DNA of 63,943 nucleotides, filler included, from Dicyema japonicum (lineage: Eukaryota; Animalia; Dicyemida), in assembly GCA_011109175.1 (NCBI GenBank). It is 7 parts of 7 records of this genome, joined end to end, with 100 filler letters (N's around TTAATTAATTAA, not from the genome) between each part and the next. Parts side by side here need not be neighbours in the genome. Positions count along the whole stretch, not along the records: positions 35,490 to 44,868 come from RDEW01000028.1; positions 44,969 to 56,774 come from RDEW01000088.1; 5 more parts are not named here. The stretch is one strand, 5' to 3'. The notes below the pieces were generated by a model. That model was not told the DNA's origin and did no database searches. It worked only from the letters and a program-made list of their open reading frames with translations. Below are positions 37,541-50,662 of this stretch, one piece after another. A program made the translations under genes and the position numbers. The stretch's first letter is position 1. The number at the start of each line of letters is the position of its first letter.

Positions 37541-38334
37541 AATATACGTCATCCTGTTGTTTGTTATTTTATTTCTACTCTAGGGGAATTTACTTTCCAA
37601 AAATCGATTATTGGAAATTTTTCCCCTTAAACCCTCGGTGTTGCATGTCTCCCTCATTCAGTTGAAGAAATCGATTCGAATGAAATATATTTAGAGGATA
37701 ACTCCGAGAAATCTTGTGGAATATTTCTTCGAGGAAGAATACAATTTTAGTATCGGAAACACCCGGATACAAAAATTTCAACGCGAATTTATTGAATATA
37801 ATAGAAATCGGGCTTTAAATGAAAATATCACTTGGATAAACCAAAAACGCCCAAAAGAAAGATTAAATACGATAAAGAAAATTTAACTTCTTGATTAGTT
37901 GATTTTTTCAGTTATGTTATACTTGTGTCGTGATTTTTTGTTCGAACATTTCTTGTCTTTTAAATCATTAACTACAAATAGCAAGAATAAATATCGTATT
38001 TTAAAAAAAGCACGTGCTCTTATAGTGTTTATGAATTTGATAAAGCCACTTGTCCCATCTCTGGGCTCGATAAATTGGATACTTTTTTATAAGTAATCCC
38101 AAACCAGTTCATATCTGCATGTGCCGAGCAGTTGCACTTGACCTGCCTCGATTCCAGAGTTGTAATATACTGGGTTACTTATTTGCTTCCTAAAATAGAT
38201 AACTTATCCCGCTCCGACAGATTATCGTATAAATTAAAATACAAAAATGTATTAAAACAAAACCAGATTTAACTAATTTTACACTATTTAATTAAGATTT
38301 TTCATTGTCGGAAAATCTCTCTCCTTCTTTTAGG

Positions 38335-38612
38335 GGGAGAATTTGCTACTAGATCGTTATGGAGTCGATGTGGGCTTCCTCCAAGAGACAAAAGTCGCGG
38401 GAGGATACGATGACGTTTACGGAAAATACCACCTAGTGTTACTACCGTCGGAGTGCGAGACTACGGATTGGGTTTCGCTGTTCGGGCCTTCGTGAGAAAG
38501 CAGGAGTTCAAAATGTGATTGTTTAATGATCGTATGCGATTCGAACATGGCACAAACGAAACCATAAACACTTTTTATAGTAACGCGGATGTGCATTAAC
38601 TAACTAACTAGA
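38335..38612 (+). mobile_element. Internally deleted RTE-like LINE (EN piece plus 3' terminus plus TAAC tail)
   Basis: DRYGVDVGFLQETK...YHLVLLPSEC..YGLGFAV joined to MAQTKP-stop and taactaactaacta. Confidence 0.7.
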
Positions 38613-38737
38613 TTTAGTCCAGGTAGTGAGGTTTTGTGGTTTGTTAAACATATTTCAAGTCGCAGAAAGTTTCCAAAATAAAGAATCGTTATTAAAATGA
38701 TTTAATCTTAAAATATGGCGTCAATTACTTCATTATA

Positions 38738-39330
38738 TGTCACGGGTTGGATAATGCCCCGGGTTGATAATGCCCACTCAAAAATTTTATTAAAATCAAA
38801 CGAAAATAACCTGATAATTAATTAAAAATAATAACTTGATAATGGAATTAAGTCGAATTATTCTATTTTTTATCAATTTTTGATTGAATGAATTTTAACC
38901 AAGAGTCGGCAAAACACACATCACCAATTTTCTTAATCAATAACGTATTTTATTACATTCGACATTTTTTAGGTTCCGGTTAAAAACAAATATAAAAAAT
39001 TCAAAATTTTTATTATTTAAAAATATCAAAATTTTTATGCGACTTTTATGTATGTTCTTAAAAAGAATTTTCATTTTATCCTTAATAGAACATGTATGTT
39101 CATTTATTTCGGTTATTTCGTACGTGCTTGTGTCGACTTGGTCGTATAAATGGATACTTTCGATTACTTGGATTATCATCCATATCATGTCTTAATAGCA
39201 CATTATCTCCAATGGATAAGTCCTCTTCATCAAATTTCCTTCTACGCCTTCTCTTCATTTTTTCTCCAGCAATAAGATGATTTTCATATACATTTNACTG
39301 ATTACTCTTATTGTTTCCTGTGCTACACAA
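38738..39330 (-). mobile_element. Possible Ginger/gypsy-integrase-type element end with integrase C-terminal fragment
   Basis: TGTCAC terminus with twin gggttg(g)ataatgccc repeats. Minus ORF LSIGDNVLLRHDMDDNPSNRKYPF resembles integrase C-terminal segments. Confidence 0.35.
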
Positions 39331-40479
39331 GCTTTGTCATGAACAAAGTGCATAATAATAATAAATATGATCAGAGCGATAGGTAATCATTTAATTTTCA
39401 TTTGTCCCTATCATTTCATCACATCAGAGAATTTTATACTATTAAAATGTACGCTATGATCCGATAATTAGCGAAATTATGTCACTTTCCGGATTGACCA
39501 ATTAATTAAATTTGGGCACATAAGAAAGTACAACTAAATACAAAACACATGTGTTTTATATTTTATTATTTATTTAGTAATAAATTATATTCAAAATATT
39601 ACAATATAAATAAACTATATTCAAAAATTAACTACACAATATTCTAAACTACAAAGTACTACCCTCCCGATCGTTTTACAAAACGATCTGAAAACCGTGA
39701 AGAAAACATTGGCATCTGGTGACGATCTGGACTCTCTTAGGAACCTAGCTAAGAACTGGAGAGCTTGGAGCAATCTAATTAGTTCTCTAATATCTTTTGC
39801 TGCACATGCGGGGTTATAAATATTATGGCTCACGTGAAAGTGCTAATCTTAATAATAATAACTGTAATCGAGCTTTTTCTTATCAACAATCAAAATCAAT
39901 GTTTTATCGACACCATGCATTCATCAACAATCAAAAATCATTGGAAAATATAATACTTGGACAGAGAAATGGGTTTAATATTGAAAACTAAAACTTTGAA
40001 ACTCTAAGAGATATTTTTATATTTCCAAAAGAGAGGAACCAGAAGTGTCGATTTTTCAGAAAAAGAGTATTTAGTAGTTCTATACTTCGAAAGCATGTAA
40101 GAATACAAAGAGTCAAAAATAGCACCAAAAAACGAATTCTTATTAATTAAATTTAATCAATACGGTAGTGCGGTTTTGTGGTTTGTTAAACATATTTCAA
40201 GTCGCAGAAAGTTTCCAATATAAAGAATCGTTATTCAAATTGATTTAATCTTAAATATGGCGTCAATTACTTCATTATATTATAATAATTCTATTTTAAG
40301 ATATTTTGTTTGTTCCTATTTGTTATTTTATCAATTAAATTCAAATCGTCATAATTGCGCTATTGAACAAATTTTAAACTAGTTCTGAATAAGGTGTGTA
40401 TTTTAATATATAATTAATTTGCCAAAATGAATCGTTTATAATTCACTCCAATACATAAAGTTTATATAGTTTGACCCTG

Positions 40480-43400
40480 ATGAATCAATATTTGAGTTCA
40501 TTGATATCACATACAGAAAATCTGCAGCTCATATACTGTATGGGCAGAGAAAGAGAGGTATATAACCTAATAATACATGATTTAATATATAGATACTATA
40601 TTCTACTCTTGCTCAACTATATATTGTAAACAACCATGAATCTCTTTCATGGAGACACCAAGCAACGGGAGTGATTTGCTTACTAAAAAATCATATTGGA
40701 AAATGTTTTGTTTTGGCATTTTATGATCTTAAATCAGTATTTTTGTGAAGTTCATCTCTAAAGTGTGAACTAATCCTGAAACAAGATCTTTATTATAAAA
40801 TGCCTTATTCTGAACAGACACAGTTTCTGCACTCTTTTGAAACTAAAGTTTGACTTATTTTTTATATCGATTTGGCCTAATTTCTCAAATCTAGGTCAAT
40901 ATTTATTAATATATATGCAAGTAGATTACTTTGTTAGGACTCAGTTGTCGGATTGAACTTTGCCTTTGAGCAAGACGCGAAAAAATTTATTAAAAACGTT
41001 CAAACTAAACTTGAAATGATCCGGAATATACGAGGTCAGTAATATTATTTCATTTCATTATTTTGATAATTNATATTTATTAATATATATGCTAGTAGAT
41101 TACTTTGTTAGGATTCAGTTGTCGGATTGAACTTTGCCTTTGAGCAAGACGCGAAAAAATTTATTAAAAACGTTCAAACTAAACTTGAAATGATCCGGAA
41201 TATACGAGGTCAGTATATTATTTCATTTCAATATTTTGATAATTCATTTTTATACATTACACTATAATTTTATTTAATAATGTAATTTTTAGAAAAAGGA
41301 TTTCACAATATCGACTCAACAAGTTCCCGTTTGTTTATTTCATTACTTATTTTTAGCCGAATCTACGATAAGAAAGAGCAAATCTGTATTAGAAAAATGT
41401 AGAAAAAGTTTAAATTGGCATATTTAAAAATAACAGATTTAAGAAATAAAAGTCGTAAAATTTCATTCTTTGGGAAAAAAGATACAAGTAATAACACAGG
41501 GGAGGCAGACTTGACATTAAAATACGGCATGAATTTTGGTATTTAAATATTTGAAATCACTAATTATAGATAACTGTGGAGAATCTGTAAATCAAATTGT
41601 AACTTTATTTATTTTAAAGGGGATTGTACTCGACGAAAAAGCTAAAAATAAATTAATTGAGATAGGATATACTGACACTCAACTGAAAAACCCAGAAATC
41701 ATACAATCGCTCATTTCTTCTATTTCTAATTGTAAGGGAAACCTAAACGAGATGAATAATACTGCTGCCAAAAAAAATAAAAAAAGTAGCAAACGATTTT
41801 TCTACTTCTTAGGTTCTAAATCAAAGAAAAAAGAAAGCCATAATTTAGTTAATTTTGATGATATAGTAATCGGAGAACCGCGAAATCCAATGTAATTCCA
41901 ATTATAATTTTTTATACTTGTAGACACACAGGGGAGGCAGACTTGACATTAAAATACGGCATGAATTTTGGTATTTAATTATTTGAAATTACTAATTATA
42001 GATAATGGCCCAAAATATCGTTTCAACCAGATTACCGATAATGAAGTTAAAAGTAATGAATAATATAATATTTTTAGGCAGAATGTCTATTCCTGTCGAG
42101 TTTGAATCGATTAATGATATTATATCAAATACGTCATTAAATAAGAGTCCATCGTCAAGTCTGAAGTTCATGTACAATATCAAACCAGATTCACAATTCA
42201 ACATTTATTCAAATATGCAACCAAATTCTATGCCTCCTCCGTTTGTTCCCGATAAATTTTTTGGATCTGAACAATTGGATATATCAAATAATTTATCACA
42301 AAAACCCTCGCCATCGTCATCTCAAATAATCACAAATCCATTTATCGCTTGTTCAACATTCGAAAATAATGAAATACAAAAACCAGTTTTTTCACATGCT
42401 CCCGATACTTCTCTAAACCCGCCACTGCCAAACACTTTTACAGACCGATTTCCGAAATCAACTTTTTCACGACCTTCTATAGATACTCTTCCAAAACGAA
42501 CATTTTCACGCCCTCCTTCAGATACACTTCCAAAATTTACTTTTTCTGTTCCTTCTTCGAATGAACAGTCTAAACCACAAAGAAATATATCATCTTCAAA
42601 GTTGGATTTGTCCTCTAATGTAAAATCGTCCGCTCCATCAATTTCCCGACCAATTCATTTTTCAAATGTATCACCAGAATCAATTATGTGGCCTACAAAA
42701 GCAACTCCCTCTACTAGTCGAAATGATAACGAGGATAAACAGTTTCAAAGTATTAAATCAATTTTAATTGTATTTAAAGATCATTTTGGTCAAAAAATTG
42801 ATTACAATGACATGGTATCAAAGAAACCGGAAGTTCCTGAGATACCTCCTAATAAGGAATCGATACTGCCGATTTCTAATATCTGTAAAAGTAACATGTA
42901 TTTAAATTAAATTTCAAGACGATTTATTTCGAGAAATAATAAATTGCAACAAAATATCGAATAAAAGTGAAGTTTCTAAAACCGATCAAGAGAGAAAAAT
43001 AGAGGTTTGATTGGTTATGATATTTTCAAGTCGTATTCGATTGAAGATACAGTATCACATGTACCGACACCTCCTACTGGCTTAAATATTTCATCAAAAA
43101 AAGATAATAATTTACCTAATAGAAGTATTTTTAACAGCATAATTTTATAAAGGCGATCTTCTTTCTCAAATTCGAAGTGGTGATCTAAAATTACAGAGCA
43201 AAGAATTCGTCTCAACTAAAAAACACCAGGATAATGTCAAGCCAGCCAGTAGTGTTTATTTTAGTTACATTTATTAAATTTATTGAGTGAAATAAGATCT
43301 GGGAAATCACTTCGCCATGTTTCTCCTGAAGATAAAAACCCAAAAGATGACATTAAACCTGTGCCAAGAATAATGCAGTCAGTTCTTAATGCCCTCAATG

Positions 43401-43481
43401 AACGTAAAGCCGATTTATATTCTTCTGGTCTCTCGTTTTGACTTTAATTTTGTAGATACCAGTGAAGGGGAAGTTTGGTGA
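40480..43481 (+). CDS. WAS: WASP/N-WASP-like actin nucleation-promoting factor (WH1, GBD/CRIB, Pro/Ser-rich, WH2 repeats, C, A), multi-exon
   Basis: WH1: LAQLYI...W....GVICLLK...GLNFAFEQDA. CRIB: IGEPRNP.HTG. GBD helix: LDEKAKNKLIEIGYTDTQL. WH2: DLLSQIRSG and LLSEIRSGKSLRHV. C helix: VLNALNERKADLYSS. Terminal DTSEGEVW-stop. Start codon uncertain. Confidence 0.85.
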
Positions 43482-43859
43482 TTTTCTTAAAGTTTTTTTT
43501 TATAATCAAAGAAATACAATAAACTGTTGATTAATTTAATTATTTTCTTGCTGACTTTGATTCGGATTTTTAGCAATCAATTGACCAAAACTTTATTNTT
43601 TTCTTGCTGACTTTGATTCGGATTTTTAGCAATCAATTGACCAAAACTTTATTCAGATTAAATTCAAAATAAAGAAAATGTAGTCAAGTTTTTATAAGTT
43701 GTTACTCAGCCGCGATTTAGAAAAATACGTTAATTTTCTACGTTATGTAAAAATTACCAAACACAGTTATTACAAATCGCGGATATATTGGGTCGGAAAC
43801 TAAGTTCTTGTCTTTTTTTAAAAATATAATGACTATTGAATTTATAATTGTAAAAGTGA

Positions 43860-44160
43860 CCTAGCCGACAGCACGATTTTCTTGAAATGCCTCACAGTGC
43901 TCCCCTTCATATATCAAAAGTGACCAAAGAAACTATTCAAACATACGCTTTCTGATTTAGCAACAACAGATTTTCACTTTTTACGATCATTTTCAAATGC
44001 TATGTGTGAAAGTCTGTTTAACAGTTATGTAGAATTCAGAGATCGGTTGGATCAATTTTTCGAGTCAAAATCCTATGATTTCTACCGATAATTATTGAGA
44101 ATCTTTTAAACGTTGGGAAAAAGTTGTAGATACAAATGGAAAATATATCTTGAGTAAATA
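43860..44160 (+). mobile_element. mariner (DD34D-type) transposase C-terminal relic
   Basis: APLHISKVTKE...DLATTDFHFLRSFSN...FFESK..DFY...RWEKVVDTNGKYI. Confidence 0.85.
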
Positions 44161-44269
44161 GTCGTTATTCCTAACTCAATAATCAGACAAATCATGATAA
44201 CATTTTTATTTGAATCAAGTATATCAAAAACATATAAAAAAAATTTCAACACGCCACAACAACGAACAG

Positions 44270-44737
44270 TTATTCCTTTATATTTTTTAATTTTGAAAAT
44301 AACAAATCTTGTTTTTCAATTCGATTAAGTTTTCCATTCCTCGTTTTTGTGGGTTTAATTCTGTTTCAAAAATTTACAAATAAATAAACTTTGAAGATTT
44401 TTTGAGTTTTTTATTTCCATTAGGCAATGTTATTTCTTTATTCTAATCCACAAAATCATAATATAGAAATTACCACACTAATAGTATTTAATAAATCATT
44501 TGCTGACTTAGCCCACCAGGAATCTCCAGAATCGACAGAATTAGCATACCCAAGCTAAAATAGAATATAATTGTAATTACCCCATGTTTTGACTTTTGAG
44601 ATCTCTGAATGATTGGCTTAGTAATCCCCTGATTAATTATTCCCAATCCCTCACCTAAGGTCTTCTTAGCAAGAAGCAAATTCTTAACCTTCTTTCCATC
44701 CCATTTTTTCGATAATCTTTTTTGAGCAAAATGGCAT
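44270..44737 (-). CDS. GPATCH4: G-patch domain protein, GPATCH4-like (about 115 aa, 5 exons)
   Basis: Spliced KIIEKMGWKEG|EGLGIINQGITKPI...HG|LGY...WW and C-terminal GKLNRIEKQD, similar to GPATCH4 KLARLEAQE. Introns 44655-44688 and 44555-44580 plus two more of about 30 nt. Confidence 0.75.
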
Positions 44738-44969
44738 AACTAAAAGCAACGCGACAAAGTTATTAAAAATATTTTTTAATAAAAATAGACTAATAAACTA
44801 TTTAATTATCTAACTGAGTACTGAGCCATCTTAGTGAACAAGGGGCGGCACTTCACAAACCTCATTCCNNNNNNNNNNNNNNNNNNNNNNNNNNNNNNNN
44901 NNNNNNNNNNNNTTAATTAATTAANNNNNNNNNNNNNNNNNNNNNNNNNNNNNNNNNNNNNNNNNNNNC

Positions 44970-45530
44970 CTGTTAATAAGCTGTTCTAACTCCTCCTTCT
45001 GTCCCCTGTGGCCACATCACACACATTTCCCTACTCATTTTCCATCCTCAGTCTGTCCACATCCCTCTGCCCTTCCTCACACTCCCAACACTTTATTCAG
45101 CCTGTTTTGTGTCCGGAGAGTTCTTTTCTCCATTCGGCCTCCTTTTCCTCAGACTAAGCACAATGTGGTCACTTTGGAGTACTTTTTTGAGTTTTTTGAG
45201 GTAATTTGTGTCAACTAGTTGTAATATCTCTCCAATACTGCATATTATATTGTCCTGAACTTGCCGACTCCTGGGAATGAGCATTTATAGACACCTTTTT
45301 TGGGATGTTCTTGCTTGGTCCAACTTATTTCGTAATTTATGGCATATTCCTTTGTATTTGTGGGCATCCCTGGGAGTATCAGTGGATTGGAGACTGGATA
45401 TGTCATTGGGGGACTGGTGGGATATTTTAGAGTACATTTGAGTGATTATTCTCTTATTTTTGTAACAAAGGTCGTTTATTCTGCCCACCAGGTCGATGGA
45501 GTTAATCGAACCTACAAACAATGAGGATAT
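44970..45530 (-). mobile_element. LINE endonuclease-region relic
   Basis: Minus-strand ...KVLQSDHIVL (APE SDH motif) in a GC-richer segment next to a gap. Confidence 0.4.
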
Positions 45531-46707
45531 AACAATAATTTATTTATGTATTAAATCAATATTATTAATATAAATTATATAAATAACACACATTCACAGT
45601 CGGAGAGTCGTTTTTGTCTGCTAAAAGTGATTTTTCAAGAGTACCTGTCTGAGGAATAGGTCGATGACATGTCGTTGAGGGTTTTCAAGTCGGTCTCCTG
45701 GTTATTATTCATATTATAGACACAGGTCGTCCAGACGACAAAACATGTTTAATTTTTGACATTTTATTTAAAATACGACCCTTCTGGTTGACCTCCCATT
45801 ACCCTAATTAATTAACACCCATATAATTTAAATATAATTAATTAATAATCTTTAAAATATGAATTATTTATAAAAGTCCCCATTATAATTTTCTGTGCGA
45901 ATCCTAGTGTTAGAAGGTCTCCCCCGGTAGCGAGGGGTCCCATCACACAGGAGACTGTGTTCCTTCCACTTATCCTTCCGGTAGAATCTCTTGAACACTT
46001 CCCACACACATGTTTATAGTGCTTGCTGTGACTCTGGGAATGTCGGTAGAACGCCCCTTCGGTCACCACCTCCCACACTCGGGACATTTCATCAACTTCT
46101 TTCCATTCACAAACACGGTCTCCCCCCACAGTCGAGTCCTCTTCGTGACACAACATTCCTCCTCTCCTTCCTCGGTCTCGTTTTTTGAGCCATTTTGATG
46201 AATGGTCTGTAATTGGGCAATGTCCTGTACTCCCCCAGTCTTTGTACCATCCAATTAGTTTGCTGCCACATGTAGTGATTGAGCAGTTGTAAGTAATATG
46301 TTTGTGTCAGTGCCATTTGGAATGCCTGATAGTCTACCACTGATCACATATATATACCAAACAAGGCACCCCACAACCCCCGACCTTGTCCTCCCGTGCT
46401 ATTGAAAGACCAATTCTATCATAAACATTCCCATCAGTGTGAGCTAATAATGTGACTTATCTCTACTACACTGCCTGTCCTGCTCCCAGTTGACACGACC
46501 ACCGTCAGCCTGCCTATCACCCCCGAGTTCCCAAAGTTCATAATTTTCCTCGTAAGTGTTAAATCGGGAATGTTGAGTTATAGCAATTAATTAAGCGCAA
46601 AAAAAATAAATCAATGTAAGAATATCATTGCTGTATTGATCATCATTTTTTGTTAATTACTTGCCCAAAATTCCCTCACTGAGTATGCTGTGGTTTATGT
46701 TGGAATA

Positions 46708-46760
46708 CAGGGGTGTCCCCACTGTTCTGCAGTGGTCGATTTTTGAGGAATTTTGTTGTT
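46708..46760. mobile_element. Tc1/mariner-type terminus (TA|caggggtgtccc); partner end not found
   Basis: Resembles the CAGGGTGTCCC TIR class and is preceded by TA. Confidence 0.35.
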
Positions 46761-48269
46761 GTAGTGATCAATACGACCCAAACAAGATGCACTGCACATT
46801 CAAATGTGACATTAATTCACACGACTAGCACGAATTGGCGATGATTAGTGAATGTGGTGAGAGGAGAATGTCGAATCTATTCAGAAAACGTAATCAACTG
46901 GAGTGCCCAATCACATCTACGAGTAGAACAGAATGAGATGACACTCCAAGAGATAACCGACATGACATTTCTTTACGAATCATTAATTTCTCACACATTT
47001 TGAACATCCAATTATCTCTCAAATACCACATTTTCAAACCCTCAATTTTTGACTTGTTTTTTGGATTTTCCTTTAGTGGACACATTCGGACATGTTAGTG
47101 GATAATGTCAAGCAGACACGCACTTGTCATCTGTTGCCTGGAATACAACAATGACGAGTTAATTGGAATATTATTGAATGTTTTATAACACCAATACTCA
47201 CCATTCGGGCACATTCCGCCATCTTCAATGCCCAAAGATGCTTGGTGTTCGATCGAGTCTTTCTAAATGTACCCGATCATTACTTTTTAAAGAAACTTGT
47301 TCTCGTTTGCAGACAATCAGCAAGTTTTTCAAGCTAAATCGATTTTGATGAAAAGAACGTGACCTAGAGGACTAATATGACTAATTGGAGACACTTTGTA
47401 TTGAGAAAGGAAGGAAACTCAGTTGGGTACCACAAATAAGACGGATCCGACTACCCACATGAGAATGAACGGAAGAGGAAAATATTAAAAATTATATTTA
47501 CAGTCCGACCCTTTAGAGCGACGCTTTATAATAATTTTCCAAGTATTGTTTCGTCGCCTAAGCGTTCAAATGGTTGAAAATTCTTGATACAGTGCTTTCA
47601 AAAAGCTCAACCGAAATATAATACTATTTGTCTTTGAGGCAATTTATTTTCAACAAAATCTTTAACGATTTTACCTTTTATTGCGCGAGTGACTTTAGGT
47701 ATGCATCAACCACCAAAAAATCGTGAAATATCTAGTATGCTATTGAGAATTACTCATTTCAGGAAATTGGCCAAAAAGGCGCAATTCCTGCCTGATTGAT
47801 AAGTCCAATGTGCCAGAGGGTAAATAAAAATTAAGATACCAATGAGGATTACAATCGAGAAGGTCATTTTACAGAGGCCCAAATCTTAGTGCTCGAAAAA
47901 AATAAGAGTTTATATTTTTGAATACAAGTCCCACCCAGGAGCTTTTTTGTACAATCATGATGTAATTCTCGGCTCTGATGCATATAAACGGCTTTTAACT
48001 GCTATTATTTTTTTAATGTTCTGTTTTGAGCTTTTTTGTGTTTCTATAAATTGATTTAAAACGAGCTTTTCGATCCAAGTGGAGTTTATATTTAACTATG
48101 ACTACTGCATGCAACACTAACTAGAAATAAGAAGTGGAACAAGGAAATATTGGATTGAATAATCAATCACATTAATGTCAATGCAGGGAAAATTAAGTGG
48201 AACAAGGAAATATTAAAGAGAATAATCCGGTTAGTTAATTAACGACATTTGCATAATTTCTTATGCACA

Positions 48270-49050
48270 TTCACTTCTGCATAACATATTCCGGGAGACG
48301 GGATGTCTGCAGAGGTTGCAATCTATTGTGAGTAAACTAACCCACCATAGGCTTCCATTGTTCTCACGGTGCCTCGTTATTCTGCTTTTATTTCCAGACT
48401 TTTTTTAGTTAATGAGATTTCCAGGGAAAAAGAATCGTCCTTTCGTAACCCTTATATGAGAATATTAAAGTATACATTGTGGGTTGGGACCCCTTAGAGA
48501 ACAGGCAAATTTTCTGCCCCCATAGATCCTACACAGTGAGTAATTTAAAATACAATGTTTAGTCGCTATGCTGATTTTTGGCGACTGAAAAGTGCATTAC
48601 CTGGCATTACACTTAAATATTAGAATGAGATTTTTACAGAGTTCTAAACTCTTTAGAGGTGCAAATGCGTCCACATCCACGTAGCCCATGTCTAACAGTA
48701 AAGCAGATCTCTAATGTTTCAAAATATTTGAATGTACATCCAGTTAAATTAACCAACCCATCAAATGAGTTGTTTAGTATTCTCTTTAACGAGTATCCTC
48801 CACAACTAGTATTAATGAAATGTTGATTACAATCTTCAACTTGGATAAATTGGTGAATATTTCTCCATCGGGGAATGTAACGCCTCTTAATTTAATATGA
48901 TGGATCTTCTCAACATGTTCTCCATTGAAAGCACAGCTGACAACTCCTTATTTAAATTAAGCAATCTTTAAAGTCTCTTTGTCAAGTCACAGTCACGTTG
49001 GATCACTACGTGAACAGAAAGTAGGACAAGTGAGAGCATTATAATTAAGG
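48270..49050 (-). pseudogene. Extracellular leucine-rich-repeat gene (LRRNT, LRRs, LRRCT), decayed, with tiny introns
   Basis: Minus-strand CPTFCS...VT, LKRILNNSFDGLVNL, YVDVDAFAPLKSLE and DLWG.KFACS...WLR pieces separated by about 25-nt GT-AG segments. Stops and frameshifts present. Confidence 0.5.
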
Positions 49051-49127
49051 TCATATTTTATTGTGAATAACTCATTGGTTAGACATTGAATTAATATATT
49101 TATTAAACTGTATTTATTAATATATAT

Positions 49128-49492
49128 TGTCACAGTTCGATAAACGAACACGCAGTTAATGAAACGCCAACATCAAAATGACAAAACATCATATCGATAA
49201 AAGATAAATTAAAACAAATCGTCATTGGAAATGATTAATTAGTTATTAATTTTAATAAAATCCGTTTTTTTAAGTTTAAATAAAGAAGCGTGAAAGTATG
49301 CAGATAGTGAGACTAACTAAAGAAATTCTCAGTATTATACAAAATATCAAAGAAGAAAATTCAGAAATTGGATTTCCTGATACTATGAGCCGCTTCGAGA
49401 GGTTCAGAATCAGTAAATTATCTGAATCTGTTACATTCGAAAATGGAGTTGTATTCTACAATAGAACTGGTCTAAAACAATTTTATTATTAA
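49128..49492 (+). mobile_element. Possible Ginger-type element 5' end with integrase N-terminal fragment
   Basis: TGTCAC start. ORF 49298-49492 GFPDTMSRFERFRISKLSESVTFENGVVFY resembles the YP....K..RR.A..F..ENG.LYY leader of GIN/Ginger integrases. Confidence 0.4.
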
Positions 49493-49862
49493 AATGTTTA
49501 GATCTAACCATTGGCGGGAATTATTATTTTAAAATTATTCCCGCCAAATAAACAGCACTTAGTGGTGTTCGGACTATTTCTAGTGTGGACTTATCTGCTA
49601 TGATGAACGACTGGGGGAGTAAGCGATATTATTTACTAGGACGTTGAATGATTGGACAACCTAAGCAGGAAGCATCCTCCACATAACACGGAAGGGGGAG
49701 GAGAGGAAGGAACACAACTATACCATTTCAAGTCAATTTCGCAATTACGAACTTCAAATTTACAAGTACAAACTTCAAATTGCAATTTCAAAATTCAAAT
49801 GCAAAATTCAAATTTACAAGTACAAACTTCAAATTGCAATTGAAAAATTCAAATTGACAAGT

Positions 49863-50444
49863 TGACAGGAATAGTTGATTCCAAAGGACTACATCCTTTG
49901 TCTTGGCAAGAGGAGTGCAGGTCGCGCTCCCCGCCATGCCGCACTCAACGACATAATACGACGGGCCCTCGAGGGCGCGGGATTTCCATTACAACTGGAA
50001 ACCGTCGGACTGGACCGGGGAGACGGGAGAAGGCCCGATGGAATAACTCTTTTCCCGTAATCCCAGGGAAATCACTCGCATGGGATGCTACGTGTGTAGA
50101 CACGTTCTCCCACTCCACGATTCTTCGGATATCATTTCTCCCGGCTGGGCTGCTAATGCAGCAGAAAAAGGGGAAGATTTCTAAGTATTTTGGAGATCGG
50201 AAAACTGTTCCGTTTTGTCCCAATCTCGATTGAGACGTCTGGTGTAGTAGGATCCAAAACCGCGGAATTTCTTTAAGGAAATTGGGGCGATGCTGGCTAA
50301 ACGAAGGAGGGACAAGTCGCGAGGCTTATTGGCTTCGCCAACGTATCGGAATTGCAGTTCTTCGTGGCAACTCGCATTCGATACTGGCTGCCAGTTCCGT
50401 GACAATTTATATTCAATAAATACTTTCATTTAAAAAAAAAAAAA
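49863..50444 (+). mobile_element. 5'-truncated CRE with AATAAA, A13 tail and 9-bp TSD, inserted in the Tc1 left TIR
   Basis: TSD ttgacaagt at 49854-49862 and 50445-50453. The RLE coding sequence is nearly identical to 28695-28880. Confidence 0.92.
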
Positions 50445-50662
50445 TTGACAAGTACAAACTTCAAATTGCAATTGAAAAAATCAAATTGACAATTACAAAC
50501 TTCTAATTGCAATTGAAAATTTCAAATTTACAATTTGAAATTCAAATTTTCATTTTATCAAAATATTATTTATACAACTTAAGAACTGTTGTCTGCATAT
50601 AAGCCTGAGATTATTTGTTAAATGTTTTTTTAAACAACAAGGAAAAAACAAGATTTGTTAAA

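Noticed and set aside
38622-40280. Direct repeats as LTRs of a small LTR element
   Set aside because: No TG..CA ends, primer-binding site, polypurine tract or TSD found.
45842-46520. Cys/His clusters (CPECGR, HVCGKC) in a GC-richer segment
   Set aside because: Too broken to assign to a PHD, zinc-finger gene or retroelement family.
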